From: Prorocentrum cordatum
Lineage: Eukaryota
NCBI GenBank assembly: GCA_963575745.1
Contig: CAUYUJ010000302.1
Coordinates: 1 to 64,000 of the forward strand
Direction: 5' to 3'
Length of the DNA stretch: 64,000 bases
Both the position numbers and the translations under genes were made by a program. Numbering within the stretch: the stretch's first letter is position 1; each line of letters opens with the position of its first letter. This document shows positions 50,579-62,800 of this stretch, piece after piece. The notes under the pieces were generated by a model. That model had not been told where the DNA came from, ran no database searches, and saw nothing but the letters and a program-made list of their open reading frames with translations.

Positions 50579-50965
50579 GACCGTCCGCGCGCCGGCGGCC
50601 ACCGCCCGGCAGAAGCCGCGGCGGGCCTTGGCAGAGATGGCGCGAGGTGGAGGGGGAGGTCGTCATGAGGGGGCCAGGTCTTGGAGGTCTTTGGCCGTTG
50701 TTGGGTTCCCCAGGCCCTCCCTGGTCCATGGGCCCTGGGACCGGCAAAGAGCAACTCATTATGAAGAGCCGGTCCCGGGGTAAGGCCTTGGTGTTCAGGA
50801 GCCATCTCTCTCAGAGACCGCCTTCTTCATGCGAAGTGAGGATGAGGAGGATGAGGATGATGAGGAAGAGTGAGGAACAGGAGGAGGAGGATCAAGTGAC
50901 GACCGCCGCCGTCGAAGTCTTTTCAGGTGCGAACCCGTGCGCTCAAGAGTTCTGCGGAGCCATAA

Positions 50966-51119
50966 TGGTTATGGAACAGAGGCGCATCAGCAGCCGCAGC
51001 GTCTATATCGGGACATCTTCAGGCCCGACACATCACACGGCCCTCGAGGCCTAAACTGCATCACGGGCCCGCTAGGGCCAAACATGGAAAATGGGAGACG
51101 ATCGTAGTGCATTTCAACA
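50966..51119 (-). repeat. Candidate 3' LTR (154 bp) of the Copia element
   Basis: On the minus strand, purine-rich GAGGACGGG is followed by TGTTGAAA... and the segment ends ...CCATAACCA (TG..CA). There is no second copy in the window to confirm it. Confidence 0.35.
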
Positions 51120-54100
51120 CCCGTCCTCGATCGTCTGGCTACATTAGCTGGCCGCGCGGCCAGTAAAACATGGATTGCTGCTGCCTGGCATCACACTCAC
51201 CGTTCCGCCCATCTGGCTGTTCCCTCGGCTACCCGCCTGGTAGCTACTGCTCTCGAAGGTCGCGGAGGCTCCGTTCTCGTTGTCGCTCCTGGAATCCATT
51301 TTGATCGTGGCGTCGTTGTGCTCCAGGTTGCTCTTTACTTCCTTCCTGCGCTTCCCGTCGGCACGCCTGTGTCTCGTATCTCTGATCGCCTTCTTGGTCG
51401 ACGCGGCCTCGGCACTGACCTCCACGCTCGCGAACCCGTTCTGCATTACGTCAGGCAGGTTGCCTCTCTCGGCGTCCAGCTTCCTCAGCGCGTCGGCCAG
51501 CTGCACCGAAGTGTCGCACCACTCCAAGTCAACCCCATTGCGACATTAGTTCGCGAAGTGCCGTGATGACCGCACGAACCCGGCGATCGGCAACTTGTCC
51601 AGAATTTGCAAATAGATGAGAAACCAAGCTGTTGGCGTCGTCGTACCACTTTACCGGTATCAAGTATGCCGCGTCCTCCACGAGGTCGCCCAGCGTCTGG
51701 TTTGGAACGCTCGTCTCGTAGTACAGTGCCCTTATCCACTCCGGCGCCTCAGCTCCTCCTGTGAGTCCGTGGGCCTCGGCTCCCATGGACGCCTTGCACG
51801 CCCGCTTGATGCGTGAACTGCCCCAGTCGAGGATGTGCACTGGTCCCTTCTTGTCGTCGTACAGGCCGTCGTCCGTCAGTTAGCGCACGAACCCGAGCTG
51901 CGATCTCACCTTCTCGCTGAGCTCGCCCAAGGTAATGTCGCCCACGTTGTTGAGGCTGCCGTCCGCGAACACAACCCCACGAATATCTCCATCGTCATAT
52001 AGCACGTCGCCTCGAAAGAGTATGTAGGCGTCACGCGCCCCTGGCAGTATTCACGAGCGTGTTCGTCTCCACCAGGTGCTGCACCGTGAACCAGTTTTTG
52101 TTCTGCGCTCGCCAGCTGTAGCCGAAGGAAACGTCCATCCGCAGCTGCCGAGACGGCCACCCAAGCGAGCCAGTCACCGACTCGACGCAGATCTTCTCCT
52201 CGTCCGTTGCCAAAGCCTTGACCTGGTTAACGCAGGCTGGTAGTAGCCCGATACCCTCCATGGCGTACACGAAAAATTGCCATGCCGATCTTGATAGAGA
52301 AGTCCGAAACCAGGTCCACGTCCTCCCCGCAGTACCTGAAGGGCGGCCTCTCCTCCGTTAGCAGCAACGCCTTTTTCAGTTCGTCGGTCGTGTCCTTGCG
52401 CAGCTTGCTCTTCGGATCTCCAGTCGCGAACAGGTCGTCCACGTAAGTGCCGACAAGGCCGACTAACTTGCCGTTCTCGAAGAGTAGAAGGAAGGCGCGC
52501 TCCAAGCGGCTCTCCTGCCACGAGTTGCCGCGTAAAGTCCTGCGCGGCTTGCTCCGCCACTTCCACCCAGCGCCCTCGGCGCCGTAGATCGCGCCGCAGC
52601 AGATTAATGGCGATCCTTCCGGTGCGCCAGGCGGCAAAGGGGAAGGTGGACGTAGCGCCAGCATCCGGTCGACGTCGTCGCCTTGGAGGTAGGCGCTCGC
52701 CGTGTCAAGCTTGAAAAGTGGCCAATGCTTCTGCGCTGCCGCACTGCAGATCAGGTGGAAGACCAGGAACGAAGAGGTCGGGGAGTCTGTCCGCGCGCGC
52801 GCCGACTCGTGGCCACCGGCCGCCGCCAGTCTCGACTTCGTTTTCATCCCGAGGTTCGGGTCGAACTCTGTTGTTGGCATGTGCCCACCTCGATGGAACG
52901 GGCTTGACCTCCTTGAGAAGCTCCTTCGCGTCGTCGCCGGAGACCGCGGCGACCGCCCTGAAGTTCTTCCATTTGTCCCACTCTGTGGCCGCGCTCGCGT
53001 CGAATAGGACCCTGTCCGCCCTGCCGGGCCTTCTGCTCCGCGACCTCCTCGTCAGCCATGCGTAGATGATCCGCGCGCGGGAGGAGTCAACCGCGTTGTT
53101 CTCGGCGGAGAACTTGGCCACCTGCGACGGGGCCCGGCCCAGAACGCCTCGAAGCGGCCCCCAGAGGGCCATGGGCAGGCAACTCGCCTTGAACTTCAGG
53201 CTCGAGTCGGCCGCCAGGAGCAGCAGACTGATATGCGATTCTGTTGCTTATATAAAAAAGTCACCAAAGCATCGCCATCATTTGCGTCGCGTTCAGTCGC
53301 CACTTCTTGCTCAGGCAGCCGTTCATGGAATGGTTCGTGTTCCTGGGCTGCCTCCGCGGCCTGGATTCTCCGGCGCGAGGTCCTCGCCGGGCTGCGCCTC
53401 CGACGGGCCCGCGCTTGGGTCAAGAGGTAGCGGTTGGGCCTTCTCCGACTTGTCGGGGTTGATGCTCTGGCCCCGCGTCTCGTCGGTTGCAGGCTGCGCG
53501 CTTGTCGCTGACCTCGGGGCCGTAGCGGTGGGCGGCGACGCCGCAGGTGGATGTGCTGGTCGCGGACCACATGCAGGAGCCTCTGTGGCTCTCTCTTCCA
53601 GGCCTTCGCGACGAGCGTCGAGAAATCGTCTGGGCCCCTTTGGAAGAGCTGCTTCTCGTTGACCATGCGGCCCCAGGTGATGGGCTCGCCCTCCGTCGCG
53701 AACCTCAGCTGCTCAGGCCTCCCAGAACCGTCCCGCCTCCACGCCGTAGCCAGATCGCGCGAGGGCTAACCTGGGTGGCTGCTGGCCGCAGAGTCGCCTC
53801 GACCCCGTCCGCCATCTTGTCGGGGCCCCAGAAATCGCGGCCGTTCACGCGAGCGTCGCCGCGCCACCGATGGAAGAGTGCAGGTGGCTCTCCTGGTCGG
53901 ACGCGGGCGCGTCTGAAGTGCGCGCGCGACCCCGCCAGGCGCGGCCCCCTCGCAGGCTTCGATCTCGCCAGCTTCGCTCTCCTCACGCGGTTGTCGCTGC
54001 CCTGCTTAGCGAAGGCAACCCTGGCGGATTCACGCCGCTACAGGGCGGCTGCCGTCGCGGGTTCTAGGTCGAGCGCGGCCTCGTGGACGTTCAGCTTCTC

Positions 54101-54848
54101 AGACTCGCCATCTTGCAGGGCTGACCCCGGCATGCGTCGGCCGCGAGCCCCGAGCGCCCTGTTCGCGGGCGAGTAGCCGTCGAAGAGCACCGACTCGTTG
54201 CGAACCTGGTTGGCCATCGCGCTCACGCACCTCAGGTCCTCGCCCTTCGTGACTTGGGCGTCTTGCGCCACCCGATGGAAAGCCTCCTTCCAGATGCCTC
54301 CCGTCCGCTCGATGCGGCCCATCTGCTCGCGGGCCCCCAGTGCCGCGTTCTCGGCCTCAACCCCGTTCTCGAACATGTGGGCGAGGAGCTCCTTGGCGAA
54401 CTCCTTGCCGCGACCCGCAGAGATGGGCTGCGGCAGCCCGGCCCAGCTGGCCAAGGCTGTGAAACACGCGCCCAGCGCGACCATGGCCGAGGGGGCGAAG
54501 GTGCCTTTGTGCAGGTACCGAACCACTTGGAACTGTCCGCCGTCGCCCGCAATGTTCAGGAACGCGCTGGCGTTGCCCTCGGCGTCGCGGGCGAACAGGG
54601 TACCGGGCATCGCGTGGTAGTTGAACTGATAGCGGCCTGGCACCCTCGCCAGGCGGACGTGCTTCGCCCCGATCATTTCGCCGCAGGCGTCGCGCCTGAA
54701 GTCCCACACGGCCACGGTGAACTCGCACCCTCGCCCCCGAGCGGCGCATGCACCGCGCCGACGTCACGTTCGCGGGGCGGGCGACATGCACGCGCATATT
54801 TCGAATGTCTTGCCTGGCGCAGGGGTCGAAGGAGAGCCGCCGAGCGCG

Positions 54849-54860
54849 TCTCTCTCTCTC

Positions 54861-54907
<47 letters not shown>

Positions 54908-55060
54908 TTTTTTCTCTCTCTCTCTCTCTCTCTCTCTTTATTTGTCTCTCCCTTTCTCCTTCCCTTTCCCTTTCTCTTTCTCTTCATTTTGTTTTGTGGT
55001 TTCTTTCTTTATTTATCATTATCTTTCTCTTTCTCTTTCTCTTTCTCTTTCTCTTTTTTT

Positions 55061-55109
<49 letters not shown>

Positions 55110-55130
55110 CTCTCTTTCTCTTCCTCCCTC
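54849..55130. repeat. (CT)n/T-rich tract interrupting the Copia pol region
   Basis: Directly visible between the MTase-like and integrase regions. Confidence 0.92.
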
Positions 55131-58100
55131 CTCTTGCGATAGTATGGGCCCCGGTCCTGCAGCGGCTTCAGCGCGAGCTCCTGCGGCGCCCTCGGGGGCC
55201 CGTGGAGCTCCGCGTTCAGGCGACGCCCGCCCTTGTCCTGAGGCCCGGCCTCAGTTGGGTGATCCGCCTCAGGTCGCTGTTCTTCTGCCCCCTTACGCTT
55301 CGGCTGCTTGCCGCGCCGCCCCCCCTTCTTGACCGCCGGCCCCTCCACGGGAAAACGCTCCATCATGTTGGCGCGGACTTGCTCGTCGACCTCCAGGGCG
55401 ATTCGCTGCTCGATGGCCGAGAGGATGGCGCGGCCCAGCTCATCGGGCCACTTGGTTGCGGCCCTGTCTTCTTCTCGTTCTCGAGCGGCGCGTGCTCGTG
55501 GGAGCGGTCGCACTTCGCGCTGTAGATTGCCTCGTAGATGGCGACCGACGTGGTCGAGCCCCCCTGGGCCTGTAGCGCGGGCCGCCTGTAGCTTCGCCCC
55601 TGCAGCCGAGTTCGCAGCCGCGTGGAGTGCACTCCATCGGGGCGCCGTCCTCTATGAGCCCCCTGGTCCAACTCGATTCACCGCGACTTGATCAGATAGA
55701 GCGAGCAGGGGCCCAGTGGCCTCCTGCGCCTCGAGGACGGTCGCGGCTGCCGCGCCTCCCCTGGAGATGTTGCACCTTCCCCAATCGCCCCACGGGCCGC
55801 AGGGCATGGTGATGATCGTCAAACCGGATCCTCCTCCAAGAGCTGGCGTCAGGCCCCCTGCCTGCCCTTGCGCGCGGCGCCGTCCCAACCGCTCTCGAGG
55901 TCCAGCGGCTGCCCGCAGTCGCAACCGAAGCTGGGGCTCGCGGGCATGGCGATGCCGAACTGGCCGCGGAAAAATTGCCTGAGTAGCGCCGCCCCCCTGG
56001 GGAGTTGCCCGGCGCGGGCGGCCGCGCCGTTCATCGCGTCGCTGGTCCGCATCTCGACGGTCTTCATGTCCTCGCGCATCGCTTGAACCTTCTTCGCCCC
56101 CCCAGAGCTCGCCATCCGCCGGGGCGGGTCGTCGCCCCAGTCGATCATCTTGGGATCCTCGAAGACCTCGTCGATCTCCGCTTTGGTGCTGACCTCGCTG
56201 ACGTGCCCGTCGATGACCTCCGCTGCGTCGATGACGCCCGCGTTGATTCCGCGACGAGTAGGCCCGTCCTGCTCGAAGTAGACCTGGGACCTCGGATCGA
56301 ACAGCTGAGGATCTGGGAAGTCGAGCAGGTTGACTCCCAGGTGGCCACTGCCAGTGCGGACGAGCGGCACGTCGCGCGCGCCGATGGCGTTGTAGTTGGC
56401 GACGCTGTTCGCCATGTCAATGACCCCCGAGCTTGGACCGCGTGTCCTCGGAGATGAGCATGTTCGCCTCCTGGCCGAATTCTGCGGACTCGATCGTGAA
56501 CGCGCTGCTGGCGATGCCAGCTGGCATCTTGTATACCGCGTCGCTGCATGCGTCTCCGCCGACCCCTCGGAACATGGTCTCGCGCGACCTCGGAATCGGC
56601 TCGGGGTCCCTGGCCCGCAGCGCCTCCCTGTGCTTGATCCTCCAGAGCGCGCCGTGCATGGTCATCTGGCAGGCCGCGTCGAGCGCCGCGACCCCGGGCG
56701 CGTTTCCGGAAGCTGAGCCAAACACGTCTTTGGCCTCCGCCGCGTTCCCGACCATGCTCACCTGGGAGCACCCGCCCTCCTCCGGGGACCGGGGGCCCCG
56801 CTCGCCGAGCGCCATCAGGTAGATCGGGAACCGCGCCAAGGGGTGCTGGTCGACGCTGAGCCTGGACGTGTCGCCGGCCATCGCGGACCTGATGAGGGAG
56901 TTGCCGCGGGCGCGTGCCCCGGGCCCGCTGTTCGCGAACTCCGCGAGCGAGCGACCTCTGAACTTCCCGACCTTGGTCTTCTCGCCGCCGAGGGGGGCGC
57001 GCTCCGCGTCGAGCCCCCTGACGTCCTGGTCGAAGTCCGCCGGGTACGCTACGAACGCGCGCTCCTCCGACTTGTCCTCCTCGCGCGAGTATTCCTCGGC
57101 GCTCGGTCTCTCGCCCAGCTTAGCTTCTCGTCGTCGGGCGGCGACTTCACCTCGCGCGCCTTCTTGGTCGCCACCTCCGCTGCCGCGCACTTCGCCTTAG
57201 GTGCGGTCTTCGCCGCCCTGCAGGCCCTGCCGGGCGACCTCCCCATCTCCTGCGCCGGGGCCTCATTCGGGTGGCTGGCCCTGCGCTACGGGGCGAACAG
57301 CGGCGATGCCGCGACGCACTTCCAGAGTTGCCATCCGTCGGCCCGGCGCGCCCTGACCACGTGGATGCCGAGCTGGTCCGCCAGGCGCCGGCGGCGCGTC
57401 AAGCACCGCTGGGCCCCGTTCGCGCCCTTGAACAGCCTGGCGCCCGCCTTCGGCGCGCGCGCGCGCAGGGGTTGCCCATGACGGGGAGAGAAGGCAGTCC
57501 AGCCGCCCCGTCGCCTTCGCCCGCGCTGGCCCCGAGCGTCTCGTCGCCGGGTTGCGCGCCCCGCCCCGCCTGCGCCTCGGGCCCGGCCTGCGCTCGCGCT
57601 CCGAGCCTGGGGCTAGTCGCCGCCGAACTCGAGGGCGCTGCCACCGCGAACGCCTCAGCGACCCTGACGTCGCCGCCCTCGGCCTTCTCGTCGCCGAAGT
57701 CGCTGAAACTGAAGTAGCTCGACTTGGGGCGGTCCGATGGCGGCGGCGCCGCCTTGGTGGACTTCGGGCGAGCGGGGTCGCCATGTCAGTGCCCGATCCT
57801 GTCACGACTGGCGCTCCGCGTAGTCCTCTTCAGCTTCTCGATCCTGGGCCTCCTCTCTGGGTCGTCGCCGCCCTTGCCGCCGCGGCTGCGCGGTCGGCCC
57901 CGCGAGCTCGCTGACGAACCCGCCGAGCGCGAAGTGGTCCTGCCGCGCGCCCTGCCGCGGCCCTTCGATTGAAACTTCAGCATGTGCTGCGCGATCGCCG
58001 CGGAGCTCTCCAGCGCCTCGTCGTCCATCTGGTCGAGCTCCTCCATGCTGGCTCCATCCTCGCCTAGGTGGACCTCGGGCGCCGACGCAGCGCGGAGAGC

Positions 58101-59836
58101 TGCGCCCCCCCCCGCCGCCCTCCTCGTCGCCCTCCTCGATGCCAGCCGGCCGCGCCTGAGCTCGAAATTGATGCCGACGTCCTCCGAGACGCCATGGCCG
58201 AGCGCCTCCGCGTTGTTCGCGGTTCTTCCGATGCTCGCGTTCGTGGATGTTCGGGCGCTGCGCCCCCAGGGCCTTGGCGAATGCGTTCTTGCGGCGCTGG
58301 TTGCCCGCCGAGCTGACGACGCGCGCGCGGTCGATCTCCTCGACCCCCGAGAACTTCAGCGGCAGGTGCGCCTGGCGCGTGATGGTCGTCGCTGATCGTC
58401 GCGTTCTCATTTGCCTTCTCGAGGTCCTCGAACGCCCTCGAGCGCCCGGCGATGCGCCCCCGCATGCTCTCGCCCGCGGCCCTCCAGACCGACTTGTCGC
58501 ACGGCGCGCCGTCGAACAGCTCCGCCGCCCTGACCGGGCGCCCCTTCGTCGCGGACTCTCCCAGCGTCGTCAGCAGCAGCTCCAGTCCGGCCGCGTTGGC
58601 CCGCTTCTTCTCGTAGCTCGAGCCGCCTTCGCCGCTCTCGACCGCCTCGGCGTCGCAGGCGGGCAGCTGCGCGCGGGTCGGCCCCCGCGCCGCGTCGTTC
58701 AGAGCGAGGAAAAGCACATGGACACAAGGGGTTTTACGGGTTTTACGCCGGAAAGGGGCGTCGTTGAGAGGGCGCCCGGCGCGGATGCGGGGATCGGGGT
58801 GGCGTCGGCGTCTGGGGGCGGCGGTTTGCGCGGCAAGTGCGTTTAGTTTTGACGATCTCTATATCCCTACATGAGGGGGTGGTGAAGAATAAATTCAATT
58901 AGCATTTATATGACTTTAAAGAAGCTTTAGTGCCATAGTCTAAAATATGCTTTAAGTGAGTTAAAAAAGAGTAGATAATAGTTGAATTATGAGGTGGAAC
59001 GTTATTTTTAACCTTGGTATACGTATATATACCACAAGGTACGCAGTAGCGTTATGACGCATCACCTCTCGGTGTGGACCGTCGGTGTTCACGTTTGCTC
59101 ATCCTCCTGCGCTCCTCCGTCAGTGTCCTCCCCCCCCTTCGTCCTCCCCACTAGTTCAAACTACAAGTCCTCCCCCTCCGAATTGCAGCCTCCTCCATTC
59201 TCCCTCGTTTCCGCGTCCTCCGTTCTCCCTCGCCTCTGCGTCCGCCCCCGCTCCGCTCGTTTGCGCTCGCCGCCGCCGCGCGCGAGGGCTTTGGCCCGAG
59301 GGGGCGCGGCCCCCGCGGCCGCGGCCGCGCCCCGCAACGGCAGAGAGGGGGGGGACGGGGGGGGGCGGAGAGGAGGGATGAGGGGGGCGGAGAGGGCACG
59401 GGGGGAACGAATGGGAGGAGAGAGGGGGGGGGTAGGGGATGGCGTTAAAGACGACAGTTCCTCCCCGTCTGCCCGTTCCTTCCCCTCCCCCATCCGTCTT
59501 CTTCCCCCCCCGCTCCTCCTGCCCCCCCTTCCTGCCCCCCATGTCCCTCATATCGTGTCCTCTCCCCCCCTCACCCCCCGCGCCGCGCCCCCCCCCCCTA
59601 CCCGGTGCCCTTCCCCTATCCACCTTCTGTCCCCCCTTCCCTCCTTCACCCTTTTCCCATCCTTCTCTTTTTACTGTGGCCTCGCCTCGTCCCTCTACGC
59701 ACTTGCCTCTCCTCTCACTATGGCCTCGCCTCGCTTCACCTCGCCCCTCTCTCGTTTTCCCCTCCGCCCATTCCCTTCCTCATATTCTGCCCTCGTCTCG
59801 CTGCTCCCCCTTCTCTGCCAGCACGCGCAGCCCGCG

Positions 59837-62800
59837 ATGGCGGAGGCTGGGTGGGGCGACTTGGCGTCGCTGGCGGCCCCCACCCAGCCGCGCGCCGCAG
59901 CGGGGGCGGCCGCGGCGGAGGCGTGGGGCGACCTCGCGTCGCTGGCAGCGCCAGCGCGGCCCGCGGGCCCCGCCCCCCTGCCCGCGGCCGCGCTCGCGGA
60001 GCCGCCGCCGACGAAGCGGAGGAGGGGCCGACCTCCCAAGGAGGTCCTGGCGGTGGTGGCGGTTGAGGCGCCACCGACGCCTCAACAGGTGCATCCGCGG
60101 CCGTCTGATCAGAGAGTGCTGCGCCTCCGTGAGCAATCGGTGGTTCTTCGTGGCACGGGAGGCTTGATGAACATTGTGCCAGCCAGGTTTTCGGGCTTCA
60201 TGGACGCGTCGAGCCTTGCGCGCAACTTTGGCGCTGCTCTCCAGTTAAGCCATGTCGATGCGGACTCGTGCGTGGACGATGACATGGCGAAAGTTGCTGA
60301 GTTCGTCCTCTCCAGCGGCCCTGCTCAATCCAGGCTGCTGTCCAATGCAGCGCGGAGCGACAAGTTGCAGATGGACGCCAAGAAGGTGACCCGCTGCGTC
60401 GCAGTGCTCGGCGCCTCGACTTCCATCATGGATTCCTTGATGCAGGCTGATATTGAACGATATTTGGCTGTGACTGTTCCCTCGGATCATCTTCACCAAT
60501 ATGCTGAATTTGCTGCGTATGACGCCGCCGACTTCAGCGCGACGCTGAGGGGATCTGCTTCGATACTGGGCTTCACCACGTCGCTGCCAGCGGGGTCCAC
60601 CGAGAGCAGCATTCGCAGCGCGGCCTTGGTGGCGCCGCGTCGCGTGCGCATTGCTGTGGAGGCCCCGACGTACAGCGGCATTTGTAAGACGATGCAGACG
60701 AAGCTACGGTACAGCATGCTTGTGACGATGGACGATGTTCTCACGATAGTGGTGTATGCGAAATCTGCGTCCCTCGGCCTTTTGGAGCGTGGGACTGGTG
60801 AATGCGTGGCATTGAGTCAGATACGAGCTTCTGGGGCGACTGCTTGGTCAAATCATTTCAAGTCCTCGGCCCGCTTCGCGATGACAGACGGTGATCTTAC
60901 AAACGAGAAGGGGGAGCGCATTGTTGGGCAGCAGCGAAACTGGGACCGTCACAGGGAAACTTGCGGGAGCCACCTCATCTCGACGTCCTACAAGAAGGCA
61001 ATGGCCCCCCTGACTGCCAGCTTGCGGGGCATGCTCAACCACCAGCTCAGCTTCCAGATGACGGGTGATATGATGTGCTGGCAGAAGTGCATATACGATG
61101 ACGTGGAGGAGAGGTGTTTGATCTTGGAGGGCAGCTGCTCGGATGAGGCATCGCTCCATCGCAGGCTTGTTCTGCGGACTTTCTGCAGCTCGAGTGAACG
61201 CTCCAACGTTATGAGCAAGGTATTGTTGTCCACCCTCCCCAACGGCGACTGGAGGCGCTGCGATCACGTGTGCTACCACGTCGCCGACCTCGGCATTGAT
61301 GAGACGGACAGACACGCTATAGTCCATGTGCTGGCGTCTGGTTTGAGTACGGCTTTGGCGCCACACATGCCGACGAGGTATCAGGAGGCTAAGTGGTGTC
61401 GCGGGGAGGTCGCCACGGACGAGACGGCCATCGGAGAGGCGTGCCATCGTGTGTTCTCGTTCGCCTTCAGGCGCTACATGCTGGCGCACGGGCACGCGGT
61501 CGGCGCTCTGCCCAGGGGGCGAGGGGGGACAGATGCGCTGCGCATGTCTGTTCGGTCGCAGGCTCAGCCAGGGCATGGCGACCCACCGATTGCCGACGGT
61601 GAAGTCGCGGAGGCGGCGGACTTCACCCCGAAGCACGATGCCGAAGATGGCGCCATCAAGAATGCACGGTTCAGGAAGGTTGCTTGGAAGTGGTGGTCGT
61701 GCAATCCTCTCGGTCTTCTCGTGCTGCAGAGGAACGCCATGGAGTGCCTCAGGGCCATGCGGGACCACAACTTCTACCTCAATGGCCCTGCGTTCGAGCG
61801 ACGCCAGACTGCGGAGGCCGCTCGGAAGATACAGGCAGGTTCCACTGACCTTCTGGTCCGTGATTTCGCACCGCTGGCATTGGCGCGGGGCGAAGTGGGT
61901 GAACTTTGTTATGACAAGCTGGAGCGGCTTTTTACTGTTGATGCCATGTGGATGTGCATGCCCGACGATTGCTTCACCGTCGAGTTCAGGGCTCTTTCGT
62001 TCCAGGTGTTATCTCGATTGGGGTGCGCAGTTGAATATCTTTGGAGGGTTGAGCGACGAGGATTTCCTTGGGTTCTTTTCCTTACCTTGGAGCGGCCTGG
62101 GACGAAGGATCGAGTGAGCAAGATGTCCCAGCACCTGATGGACCCAATATCTTTGAGGATCATCACCGACCATCCAGACCTTCAAGGTGACCTGTGCGAT
62201 GCCAAGATCTTCGCCTTTATGTTGAAGTGGCCGTGCGACAACGGACCGCAGGAGAGAGCATTCGCTCGGATCAGGAGAACAGTGGAGTCGAAATCAGCCC
62301 ACCTTCCGCAGATATCCTTCTCTGACATGTCAAACGAATGGATGTTCCAACAGTCCGCTGCCAGAGCATCGCGCCAACTATTTACTGACGAGTTGGGTCA
62401 GTCTACCGAACGCCGATGTCTTGAACCAGGAGACGGCAAGAGGTGGACTACGGCAGGTGGCGCATGGAGGGCATTTTGTAGGAAGAAGCTTTTGGCTAGC
62501 AGCGGCGTTGCCGACTTTTCCACATGGGCGGTTGAGTACTGGAACCTGCCCCCCGACGAGAAGGCCCAGCTGAAGGAGATCGGGGCATCTGCGGCTCTCG
62601 CGAATCGTTCCGGCCTGGTGACCACGAAGTCTTCATTCGGCCCGACGCCCTCCGAGGCTGGTCGGAAGGCGAAGCGCCAACAGTCGGTGACGGAGGCGAT
62701 CCAGAACGTTGGGTGTACTGAGGTCGAGCTTTGTTCGCGGATTCCGCATTGTCAGCTTCCGTCGCTGGATGAGGCGCTCACGTCGTGCCGCGCAGTGATG

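Larger units (their letters stand above)
50966..58720 (-). mobile_element. Ty1/Copia-type LTR retrotransposon, decayed, 5' truncated
   Basis: Minus-strand order: gag (RAAGESM.., knuckle remnant ~57790); protease (AALDAAC..FRGVGG..LIS, ~56690-56420); MTase-like (~55980-55400); integrase (FLNIAGD..WAGLP..GRGKEF..QMGRIER, ~54830-54150); RT (SRW, KSRL, DSPT, LDTASAYLQG, AIYG, TYVDDL, ~53000-52030); RNase H (LDWGS..AE, DDANSL, DRR, QLADAL, ~51850-51470). Integrase before RT defines Copia. Confidence 0.9.

Noticed and set aside
58727..58747. GGGTTTTAC repeated twice as a telomere-like repeat
   Set aside because: Only two copies, and it is not the TTTAGGG unit.
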